A stretch of DNA of 61,820 bases, from contig DYOF01000003.1 of assembly GCA_020720665.1 (NCBI GenBank), positions 1 through 61,820 on the forward strand, read 5' to 3'. Source of the DNA: Acetofilamentum sp. (GTDB lineage Bacteria; Bacteroidota; Bacteroidia; Bacteroidales; JAADGE01). This document shows positions 19,681 through 28,331 of this stretch, one piece after another. Position 1 is the stretch's first letter; every line of letters begins with the position of its first letter. A program made the translations under genes and the position numbers. Under the pieces are notes generated by a model. It saw nothing but the letters and a program-made list of their open reading frames with translations. It did not search any database and was not told where the DNA came from.

Positions 19681-21936
19681 ATGCAAACCGTATTTATTAT
19701 TGTAATCAGTCTTCTGATAATTTTGGCAATTATTGATTTAATAGTAGGTGTCAGCAATGATGCCGTTAACTTCTTAGTATCTGCAATCGGTTCAAAAGCA
19801 GCTCCGTTAAGAGTTATACTTATTGTTTCCGGACTCGGTGTTCTTATAGGTGCTACTTTTTCTAACGGAATGATGGAAATTGCCCGATCCGGGATTTTCA
19901 GACCCGAGCTATTTACTTTTAGTGATGTTATGATAATCTTCTTAGCCGTAATGCTTACAGATATCATTTTACTCGATATTTTTAACACATTAGGGTTTCC
20001 GACCTCAACAACAGTATCAATTATTTTTGAATTAATGGGAGCTTCCGTTGCTATTGCTTTGATGCTGATTTATAAGAACGAACAATCTTACGCTCAAATT
20101 TCTGAATACATTAATACGGCATCCGCACTTAAAATTATCGGAGGCATATTATTTTCGGTTATCGTTGCCTTTACAATAGGTGCAATTGTTCAATATTTAT
20201 CTCGATTATTATTCAGTTTTAATTTAAACAAATCATATAAAACCTTCGGTGCAGTTTGGGGCGGATTAGCAATAACGGCAATTACTTATTTTATTTTAAT
20301 AAAAGGATTGAAAGGCAGCAGCTTTGCCGGAAAAGGAACCGACATTTATGAATACGTTTCTAAACACACAAGTTTAATTTTGTTTTATAGTTTTATTGCT
20401 TGGTCAATTATTTTTGCAATATTACAGTTTTTTACACGCATAAATATTTTAAAAATTATCGTAATGGTAGGAACCTTTGCTTTAGCAATGGCTTTTGCAG
20501 GAAACGATTTGGTAAATTTTATCGGTGTTCCGTTAGCCGGATTATCCTCGTATCAAAATTGGGCAGAAAGCGGCTTCCCTTCTGATAATTTATTTATGTC
20601 GATTTTAAGTGAACCTGTTTCAACCCCTACACTCTATTTAGCTATCGCAGGTATTGTTATGGTTTTAACATTGTGGTTATCAAAAAAAGCTAAATCCGTT
20701 ACAAAAACTTCTTTAGATTTAAGCAGGCAAGATGAAGGACAAGAACGATTCGGATCATCTGTACTTTCAAGAGGTATTGTCATATCTTCGATAAATTTTT
20801 CAAAACTAATCAATCACATTACCCCAAAATTTTATAAGAAATTTTCTCAAAAACAATTTTCTAAGCAAAAAATTGTTGTTTCAAATGAAACGCAATCATT
20901 TGACCTTATCCGTGCATCTGTAAACTTAATGGTTTCAGGTGTTTTAATTTCAATCGGAACATCATTCAAATTGCCCTTATCAACAACCTACGTCACCTTT
21001 ATGGTTGCCATGGGTACATCTTTGGCTGACCAAGCATGGGGGCGTGAAAGTGCTGTTTATAGAATTTCAGGTGTTTTGGCTGTTATCGGCGGCTGGTTTA
21101 TTACGGCAATTGTTGCTTTTACGGTTTCATTTATCTTTGCTTTAGCTTTATTTTTCGGTAGTATATATGCATTGGCCGGTTTAATTTTGCTCGCCGTATA
21201 TTCCTTTTATCGTTCTCAAACTGCACATAATCGTAAAAATAAAGCCGCACAGAAAAGAGAATTAGAATTCATATCGCATACTCGCTCAGTACAAAAAGAA
21301 TGCACCTTTAATATTATTGAAATTTTATCTGCCGTATCTGATATTTACCAACGTACTATCTATGCATTCAGAGCTGAAAAAACTAAAAAACTTAAATCCG
21401 TTTACTTGTTCCAAAAAGAAATAAGTGCAAAATCGAAGTCTTTAAAAGATAATATTTATGCAACCATTGACGGGTTAAAAGATAATTTTATTGATATCGC
21501 CCCGTATTATGTTCAAGTTTTAGATAGTTTAAGAGAAATAACGCATGCCCTGCATTTTGTTGTAAAACCGACATTAGATCATTTAAAAAACGGACATAAA
21601 ATATTTTCAGAGGCTCAATTTTTAGATTTAGATAAAGTTTCGGAAAAATTAATTGCACTTACAAATACAATTATCGATACTGTAAAGAAAGAAACATATA
21701 ATGAAGAATATGAGTTTATTTTATCAAAGCAAAAAGATCTTTTAAATTATATAGCGATTACCGAGAAAAACCATATAAAAAGAATTAAAAACAAAGAAGT
21801 AGGAACTAAAAACAGCATATTGTTCTTAAACCTGCTTTCAGAAACAAAAAATATAACTTTATATTCGGTTAACCTCTATAAATCACAAAGAGATTTTTTG
21901 AATCCGCCCAAAGTTGCTCTTACTGAAAAAAATTAA
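19681..21936 (+). CDS. inorganic phosphate transporter (PiT/PHO4) with a C-terminal PhoU-like helical region
   Basis: GVSNDAVNF and AGNDLVNF signature repeats, PTSTT and PLSTT motifs, soluble helical C-terminus. Confidence 0.88.
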   Translation: MQTVFIIVISLLIILAIIDLIVGVSNDAVNFLVSAIGSKAAPLRVILIVSGLGVLIGATFSNGMMEIARSGIFRPELFTFSDVMIIFLAVMLTDIILLDIFNTLGFPTSTTVSIIFELMGASVAIALMLIYKNEQSYAQISEYINTASALKIIGGILFSVIVAFTIGAIVQYLSRLLFSFNLNKSYKTFGAVWGGLAITAITYFILIKGLKGSSFAGKGTDIYEYVSKHTSLILFYSFIAWSIIFAILQFFTRINILKIIVMVGTFALAMAFAGNDLVNFIGVPLAGLSSYQNWAESGFPSDNLFMSILSEPVSTPTLYLAIAGIVMVLTLWLSKKAKSVTKTSLDLSRQDEGQERFGSSVLSRGIVISSINFSKLINHITPKFYKKFSQKQFSKQKIVVSNETQSFDLIRASVNLMVSGVLISIGTSFKLPLSTTYVTFMVAMGTSLADQAWGRESAVYRISGVLAVIGGWFITAIVAFTVSFIFALALFFGSIYALAGLILLAVYSFYRSQTAHNRKNKAAQKRELEFISHTRSVQKECTFNIIEILSAVSDIYQRTIYAFRAEKTKKLKSVYLFQKEISAKSKSLKDNIYATIDGLKDNFIDIAPYYVQVLDSLREITHALHFVVKPTLDHLKNGHKIFSEAQFLDLDKVSEKLIALTNTIIDTVKKETYNEEYEFILSKQKDLLNYIAITEKNHIKRIKNKEVGTKNSILFLNLLSETKNITLYSVNLYKSQRDFLNPPKVALTEKN

Positions 21937-21989
21937 TCAATTTTTAAATTTTTTTTAAGAATATAGTTTCTGAACATTTGCATTATTAT

Positions 21990-22712
21990 TTAAAACAGTT
22001 GAGTTAATACATTTAATGTTTTTAATTGTCCCGGTTTTCCCAAATGATAATTGAAATATTCTATTATACATTTCAACAGTTGTTTGCGTACAGAATTATT
22101 TATCTTGAGAAGATGCGATTCTTGAATTGTTAAATCGAACATTTGAGATACCGAAAAACTCAATTCTGAATTTACAAACAGATTGTGATTTGGAATTCCG
22201 CTGATAAATTTGCCGTTTTTAATATCAAACGTTTGCTTAATTTCAGAATAATTATTCTCAGGCATAATTCCCATTATTTTGCAAAAGTTAAATAAAAATA
22301 ACAAGTGAAAGTTTTGATAATTGTTTTGAAGTTTATCTAAACAGATTATTGAATTAACTATAAAATCAAACAATGCCGGTTCCGGTTCGTCTTCTTTTAA
22401 TGTTTTCATTAAAAATTCCGACAAAAACAGAGAAATCGAATTTTTTGTTATATCAAACGGAATAGTCAGCAAAGGGTAAGCATTACTTATTTCTTTTATT
22501 TTTTGCAATTCAACTCTTTCATTATTATATACTTGCATATCTAAAATAAAAAACGGCTGTAACATAACAAAAGACGGCACGCTTTTTTTCGACTTTGATA
22601 CATAAATTAAATATGATTTTAAGCCGAAATTTTCAGTGTAAATCTTTGCTATCAGTTTTGTATCCGAATACTTGAATCGATGAAGAACAATTCCTTTCGT
22701 TGAAGAAATCAT
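21990..22712 (-). CDS. recO: DNA repair protein RecO
   Basis: TKGIVLHRFKYSDTKLIAKIYTENFG OB fold, LQPF, EPEPALFDF, FDIKNGKF, LKTLNVL; ATG 22712 preferred. Confidence 0.9.
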   Translation of the reverse strand: MISSTKGIVLHRFKYSDTKLIAKIYTENFGLKSYLIYVSKSKKSVPSFVMLQPFFILDMQVYNNERVELQKIKEISNAYPLLTIPFDITKNSISLFLSEFLMKTLKEDEPEPALFDFIVNSIICLDKLQNNYQNFHLLFLFNFCKIMGIMPENNYSEIKQTFDIKNGKFISGIPNHNLFVNSELSFSVSQMFDLTIQESHLLKINNSVRKQLLKCIIEYFNYHLGKPGQLKTLNVLTQLF

Positions 22713-22907
22713 AGATTTATTATTTTTGTAAAAATACAAATATTGCCAAATTATATATCTCTAATAAAAAAATAATGACCGCTTTTTTTGTGAATTTAAG
22801 ATGTTCGTTGTATCTTAGTATTAACGATTCATTTGTTAGAAATTCGAATCAATATTTTATAAAATTTTACATTAAAAAAATTATTATGAAACACCCATGA
22901 AAGACAA

Positions 22908-22990
22908 TTTTTCCCACAAAGGAACATAACTAACGGAATACCTCAATTACATTTAACAGAAAGTGATATGTTCCTATGTGCAGGAAAAAA
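22908..22990 (+). other. long imperfect hairpin in the leader of the DUF4139 gene
   Basis: TTTTTCC-CACAAAGGAACATA-ACT pairs with AGT-GA-TATGTTCCTATGTG-CA-GGAAAAA; the 14-bp core has one mismatch. Confidence 0.6.
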
Positions 22991-23056
22991 CACGCATTAT
23001 AAATAAGTATAAGCATTCAATTTGCAAATTATTAATTAATTAAAATTTTTAGACAC
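22974..23056 (+). repeat. duplicated 5' leader, copy A
   Basis: 72/84 identical by hand to the reverse complement of 61737-61820; both end at an ATG. Confidence 0.85.
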
Positions 23057-24718
23057 ATGAAAATGAAAATTATATTATTTGGAGCTTTTTTATTGATATT
23101 CGGGCAAGTTCAATCCCAAAATATTCCTGAAAAAAAAGTAAGCACTGAAATAAGTTCTGCTACCATTTATTTATCAGGAGCAGAAATTATTCGTAATAAA
23201 AGCATTACACTGGCAAAAGGAAAAACACAAATTATTTTTGAGGGATTATCTCCAAAAATTAATCCGAAAAGCATTCGAATTACGACTGATAAAACTATCG
23301 ATTTATTAGGTATTTCCAACAAAATTAATTATTTAGCCAAGGAAGAACACGGTCCTGAAATAAAACGTTTAAACGACTCATTAGAAATTGTAAAAAATGA
23401 ACTCCAAACTATAGCCGATAAAACAGATGCTTTTTCAACAGAAAAGCAATTATTGTTAAAAAACATATCTCTCGGCGGAACAAACAACGGTGTAAATATT
23501 ACCGAACTAAAGCAAGCATCCGATTTTTACAGACTAAAAATTACCGAAATTAATTCCAAAATATCTCAATTAAATCAACAAAAGGAAAAATTAAATTTAG
23601 GCTATCAGCGTATCGTATCCCAATTAAATGAAATGAATTCAAATGCAGGATATACTCGCTCGGAAATAAGTATTTTAGTATCATGCGATGCTCCGGTTAC
23701 CGGTAATTTTGAATTGAAATATTTAGTTGACGGAGCCGGTTGGTCGCCTGCATATGATATTAAAGCATTTGATATAAACGAACCTGTAACCCTTGAATAC
23801 CGAGCGAAAGTTTATAATAATACAGATATTAATTGGAAAGATTTAAAAATTAAATTATCAACTGCCGATCCGAATTTAAGTGTAACAAAACCAATTCTTA
23901 ATCCATGGTATTTGCGTTATCAAACTTATAACTACAATTCAAATATGTTTAAAGGTAAAGAAGGTTATATCCAAAACCAAATTTCTGATGAACGAAACTT
24001 ATCGGTTCAACAAGAAGCTTTTTCAGAATTAAATGAAGTCATTGTAACTTCAGGAGATTTTTCAGAAACTACTGTTCCCGAACTGAGTGCTGAATTTGAA
24101 ATTACAAAATCTTATTCTATACCTTCTGATGACAAACCCTATTTAGTGGATATAAGCGAGCATCAACTGCCTGCAAACTATCAGCATTTTGCTGTTACAA
24201 AATTAGACCGAGATGTATTTTTAATTGCACAAATTACCGGTTGGCAAGATTTAAACCTAATTGAAGGTCCTGCAAATGTTTATTATTCCGGAACATACTT
24301 GGGGCAGTCGTTTATAAACACCAGAAATGTAAAAGACACGCTCGACTTATCACTCGGAAGAGACAGCAAAGTAATCGTAACCAGAACTAAGCTCAAAGAA
24401 TTCAGCAGCTCACAATTTGTAGGAACAAAAAAGAAAGAAACTATGACCTATCAATTAACGGCTAAAAATAACCGAAAAAGCGATGTTACAATTGAAATCT
24501 TAGACCAACTTCCGATTTCACAAACTGACGAAATAGAAGTTAAAGCAATTGAACTATCCGGTGCAGAACAAAATCTGTCAACAGGCGAATTAAAATGGAA
24601 ATACACCCTGAAACCCGGCGAATCAAAAACCATTAAACTTTCATATTATATTAAATATCCGGAAAACAAACAACTTGAAATTGAACAAAGAAAATCAAAA
24701 CAAGTAAGATATTTCTGA
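23057..24718 (+). CDS. exported DUF4140/DUF4139 (mucoidy inhibitor MuiA-like) protein
   Basis: Signal peptide; ATIYLSGAEI, coiled coil, AGWSPAYD, NNTDINW, LSTADP, LDQLPIS, GELKW. Confidence 0.85.
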   Translation: MKMKIILFGAFLLIFGQVQSQNIPEKKVSTEISSATIYLSGAEIIRNKSITLAKGKTQIIFEGLSPKINPKSIRITTDKTIDLLGISNKINYLAKEEHGPEIKRLNDSLEIVKNELQTIADKTDAFSTEKQLLLKNISLGGTNNGVNITELKQASDFYRLKITEINSKISQLNQQKEKLNLGYQRIVSQLNEMNSNAGYTRSEISILVSCDAPVTGNFELKYLVDGAGWSPAYDIKAFDINEPVTLEYRAKVYNNTDINWKDLKIKLSTADPNLSVTKPILNPWYLRYQTYNYNSNMFKGKEGYIQNQISDERNLSVQQEAFSELNEVIVTSGDFSETTVPELSAEFEITKSYSIPSDDKPYLVDISEHQLPANYQHFAVTKLDRDVFLIAQITGWQDLNLIEGPANVYYSGTYLGQSFINTRNVKDTLDLSLGRDSKVIVTRTKLKEFSSSQFVGTKKKETMTYQLTAKNNRKSDVTIEILDQLPISQTDEIEVKAIELSGAEQNLSTGELKWKYTLKPGESKTIKLSYYIKYPENKQLEIEQRKSKQVRYF

Positions 24719-24727
24719 TAACTTTTT

Positions 24728-24764
24728 AAACTGCCTGAAAAATTATTTTACCAGGCAGTTTTTT
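24728..24764 (+). terminator. intrinsic terminator
   Basis: AAACTGCCTG/CAGGCAGTTT stem followed by a T run. Confidence 0.7.
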
Positions 24765-24776
24765 AAATTTATAAAA

Positions 24777-25616
24777 ATGGATAAAATTATTATATATGCA
24801 TTCTTTTTTTTTACGGTAGGTATTCTGTCGTGTGAATCACAAAACCAAGAAAATATAAATAATATTGATACCGTTCTTACTGAAAAAAAAGATTTGCTTT
24901 ATCAAATTGAACCGCAAGAAACTGCAAAATATAAAACTATAGGAGAAATTCCGGCACCCGAAGGCTTTGAGAAAACCTCTGTAAGTCCTGATTCATATGG
25001 ATATTTTATCAGAAATTTAGCCTTAAAAACAGATAACAATTTTGTTTTTTTGTATAACGGAAATTTAAAATATAACCAAACAGTACAATTTGCCGTTTTA
25101 ACAACAGATGTAGGAAATAAAGACCTTCAACAATGTGCCGATGCCGTAATGCGTATCAGAGCTGAGTATTTATTTCAATCAAAAAAATATAACGAAATTC
25201 ATTTCAACTTTTTATCAGATAACAAACCGAGATATTTTAAAGATTATCAAGCCGGAAATTATTCATACCCTGTTTTTCGAAAATATATGAATTATATCTT
25301 TTCATATGCAAACACCGCTTCACTCAAAAACGAATTATTAAAAGTTGAAGACCTGAACGATATTCAAATCGGTGATGTGTTTATACAATCGGGAAACCCT
25401 TACGGACATGCCGTAACTGTAGCCGACATTGCGATAAATAATAAAAATGAAAAAGTTTTTCTATTGGCACAAAGCTACATGCCCGCACAAGATATACATA
25501 TTTTGAAAAATCCGGAAGACAAACAAATATCCCCTTGGTACTATTTAAAAAAAGCAGGTGCATTAAATACACCTGAGTGGACGTTTTACTATACAGACTT
25601 AAGGCGTTTTAAATAA
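24777..25616 (+). CDS. DUF4846-type lipoprotein (putative Cys-His hydrolase)
   Basis: Lipobox ILSC; DLQQCADAVMRIRAEY, GDVFIQSGNPYGHAV, LAQSYMPAQDIH. Confidence 0.8.
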   Translation: MDKIIIYAFFFFTVGILSCESQNQENINNIDTVLTEKKDLLYQIEPQETAKYKTIGEIPAPEGFEKTSVSPDSYGYFIRNLALKTDNNFVFLYNGNLKYNQTVQFAVLTTDVGNKDLQQCADAVMRIRAEYLFQSKKYNEIHFNFLSDNKPRYFKDYQAGNYSYPVFRKYMNYIFSYANTASLKNELLKVEDLNDIQIGDVFIQSGNPYGHAVTVADIAINNKNEKVFLLAQSYMPAQDIHILKNPEDKQISPWYYLKKAGALNTPEWTFYYTDLRRFK

Positions 25617-27098
25617 TCTGATACGTTTTTCTTTAAGTAACACAAACAAAAGAAAAGAAAAAAACAAAACTGTGTTAATTAAATGCTTTAATGCAAAGGA
25701 ATCAAATAAATAACTTACAATTAAAATAATTATAAAAACAAAAACGTAAATAAAAATATCTTTTAGCGGATAGTTAATTTTATAATATTTTCTTCCTAAG
25801 AAATAAGATAAAACCATCATTGCAAAATAACAGCTGAAAGTTGCCCACGCCGAAGCTAAGTAACCGAGAACGGGGATTAAAAAAATATTTAACAAAACCG
25901 TTATTAATGCCCCTAAACCTGCAATATAAGCACCGTATTTTGTTTTGTCGGTTAACTTATACCAAAATGATAAATTGTAAATAATTCCTAAAAAAAGGTT
26001 AGCTGCAAGCAAAATAGGAACAACATATAAACCCTCCCAATATTTCGAATCAATAAAGAATTTGATAAAATCAATGTATAAAACAACACTTAAAAAGATT
26101 AACAGCCCAAAAACAATAAAGTATTTCATAACATTGGCATAAACCTGTTTTGCACCTAATTCTTTTTCTTGTGAGAAGAAAAATGGTTCCGCAGCATATC
26201 TGAAAGCCTGTGTAAACAAAGTCATTAGAATCGACAGTTTATAAACCGCTCCGTATATTCCTAATTGTGTCATTACATATTCTCCTGAATTTGAAACACC
26301 TTGCGGAACAACAATAAAATACTTCAATAAAATTCTGTCAAGTGTTTCGTTTATGTTTCCGGCTAAACCGGCAATTAACAAGGGTAAGGAGAACAAAAGT
26401 ATTTGTTTTAGTAATTTTTTTGAAAAATTCAATTTTATTCTTAATAAATCCGGAATAAATAAAATTAAAGTAAACATGCTTGCAGCCAAATTTGCTATAA
26501 ATATATACCCTACTCCGATTTCATGTTTATATAAATGTTTCAAAGACGGAATTGTTAATTCTCCGATAAAACTGTCTTTATTTTCCTTACAAATTACAAC
26601 AAAAAATAGTTGAATACCTATATTCAAAAAAATACCGATTAACTTAAAAACTGCAAATTTCAAAGCTTTATTTTCATGGCGTAATTTTGCAAACGGTAGG
26701 GAAATGAATGCATCAATTGCAATAATTCCGGCAAAAATTATTATATACTCTCTGTGTTCAGGGTATCGTATAATATTTGCAACAGGTTGTGCAAAAACGT
26801 ACATTAAAATAAAGAAAACCGTTGATGTTATAAATAAAGGGATAACCGATGTTGAAAAAACCAATTTCGGATTACCTGTTTTATTGGCAAATCGAAAAAA
26901 ACCCGTTTCCATGCCGTAGGTTAAAAACACAATTAAAAATCCTACATACGCATATAATTCGGTAACAACACCATATTCTTTTGGTAAAAAGGCTCTTGTA
27001 ATAAACGGTACAAGAATATAGTTTAAAAACCTTCCGACAATACTGCTTAGTCCGTAAACGGCTGTTTGGTTTATTAATTTTTTTATCGGGCTGACCAT
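25599..27098 (-). CDS. polysaccharide/oligosaccharide flippase (Wzx/MOP family)
   Basis: QTAVYGLSSIVGRFLN, YGMETGFFRF, INETLDR, QAFRYAAEPFFF; about 13-14 TM segments. Confidence 0.85.
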   Translation of the reverse strand: MVSPIKKLINQTAVYGLSSIVGRFLNYILVPFITRAFLPKEYGVVTELYAYVGFLIVFLTYGMETGFFRFANKTGNPKLVFSTSVIPLFITSTVFFILMYVFAQPVANIIRYPEHREYIIIFAGIIAIDAFISLPFAKLRHENKALKFAVFKLIGIFLNIGIQLFFVVICKENKDSFIGELTIPSLKHLYKHEIGVGYIFIANLAASMFTLILFIPDLLRIKLNFSKKLLKQILLFSLPLLIAGLAGNINETLDRILLKYFIVVPQGVSNSGEYVMTQLGIYGAVYKLSILMTLFTQAFRYAAEPFFFSQEKELGAKQVYANVMKYFIVFGLLIFLSVVLYIDFIKFFIDSKYWEGLYVVPILLAANLFLGIIYNLSFWYKLTDKTKYGAYIAGLGALITVLLNIFLIPVLGYLASAWATFSCYFAMMVLSYFLGRKYYKINYPLKDIFIYVFVFIIILIVSYLFDSFALKHLINTVLFFSFLLFVLLKEKRIRLFKTP

Positions 27099-27137
27099 TT
27101 AAAAAAAATTGATTATTGTATGAGAAAGCATATATAT

Positions 27138-27175
27138 ACTAAAAAACTCCGCAAGTTTTTGCGGAGTTTTTTAGT
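27138..27175 (-). terminator. intrinsic terminator after usp
   Basis: Perfect 17-bp stem ACTAAAAAACTCCGCAA/TTGCGGAGTTTTTTAGT with a 4-nt loop. Confidence 0.85.
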
Positions 27176-27181
27176 TAAAAC

Positions 27182-28003
27182 TTAATTGAACCCTTTTAAC
27201 TTTGTTAAATCTTTTCTCGGATTAATAGTCATTACAGGTATCTTTTTTTCATTTGCAATGAGTTTTTGCTCGGATGCTCCTAAAACATAATCATGGAAAC
27301 TGATATTTTTAGTTGTTGTTATCATTATTAAATCGGCTTTTAGTTCATCTGCAAATTTAATAGCTTCATCTGAGATATTTTTGCCGTCTAATTGTATTAT
27401 ATCATATTCAACACCTTTTTCAGTTAAGAATTTTTTTGCTATCATCATATTCGCAGCAATTTTCTTTTTAAACAAAAGATCCGTTGAATCAATATAACAC
27501 AAGTAAAATTTTGATTTGAAATACTTATAAATAAAATCAGCCCAGATTAGTTTTTCTTTATCTGCGAAATTAAAATCAACCGGGAAAACAATTTTTTCAA
27601 TCGTCTTATTTTTCGGAGCGTCTTGAACCACAAAAAACGGTGCCTCCGAGCCGACAATTACTTTTAAAGCCCAACTACCGGTAAATTTTTGCATTCCCTT
27701 AATTCCGTGCGTTCCCATAATTGCAAAAAACGCATTTTCTTCATCTATAATTCTGTTAATATCTGTAAAAATACTGCCTTCTTTGACCGATATTTTAGGT
27801 TTAATACCGTATGTTTTTTCCAATCGGGCAACAACTTCTTCTAATTTTGAAACAGCACCCTCAATATCAGAAACTTTTTTTACTATGTGCAAAAGAACAA
27901 TGTCTAAGTTTACAATTCTAGCAATTTTTTCTGCGTGTTGAAAGGCATATTCTGCCAATTCTGAAAAATCCCACGGTATAACTATTGGTCTGTTTTTCTC
28001 CAT
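27182..28003 (-). CDS. universal stress protein (tandem USP domains)
   Basis: IVIPWDFS, MGTHG, second domain IVFPVDF and ADLIMI, GASEQ. Confidence 0.88.
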   Translation of the reverse strand: MEKNRPIVIPWDFSELAEYAFQHAEKIARIVNLDIVLLHIVKKVSDIEGAVSKLEEVVARLEKTYGIKPKISVKEGSIFTDINRIIDEENAFFAIMGTHGIKGMQKFTGSWALKVIVGSEAPFFVVQDAPKNKTIEKIVFPVDFNFADKEKLIWADFIYKYFKSKFYLCYIDSTDLLFKKKIAANMMIAKKFLTEKGVEYDIIQLDGKNISDEAIKFADELKADLIMITTTKNISFHDYVLGASEQKLIANEKKIPVMTINPRKDLTKLKGFN

Positions 28004-28030
28004 AATTTCAAAAAATTAATATTTTATTGT

Positions 28031-28038
28031 CAAATTTA
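28031..28038 (-). promoter_or_regulatory. -7 promoter element (TAAATTTG) for usp
   Basis: TAnnTTTG on the minus strand, 27 nt before the ATG. Confidence 0.55.
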
Positions 28039-28079
28039 TAAATAATTTATCTGAATATCAAGAAAATTTCAATATTATT

Positions 28080-28232
28080 CCTAAAATTCGCAAGTCAAGA
28101 TACAAATGTCTTAATAAACAACATGTTGTAATAATTAGGAATTCATTTTATTAAAACAATTACTTTCATTGAGGGCTTCGCCGTTCACACTCTGATTTTC
28201 ACGAAATTAAAAGCAGACTTGCGGATTTAAGA
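28080..28232. mobile_element. MITE-like element, copy 1 (153 bp)
   Basis: Imperfect 17-bp TIRs CCTAAAATTCGCAAGTC / GACTTGCGGATTTAAGA; flanks TTATT/ATATT; ~77% identical by hand to the reverse complement of 47952-48105. Confidence 0.8.
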
Positions 28233-28331
28233 ATATTGATTAAATAAAAAACTATATTTTTTTCGATAATAATAAAATTGTATTTTTTTTTATCTTTACA
28301 AATCCATAATGCTGAAACTTAACAAAAAAAT

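Noticed and set aside
27147-27156. TCCGCAAGT matching the MITE TIR core
   Set aside because: Part of the perfect usp terminator hairpin, with no MITE body beside it
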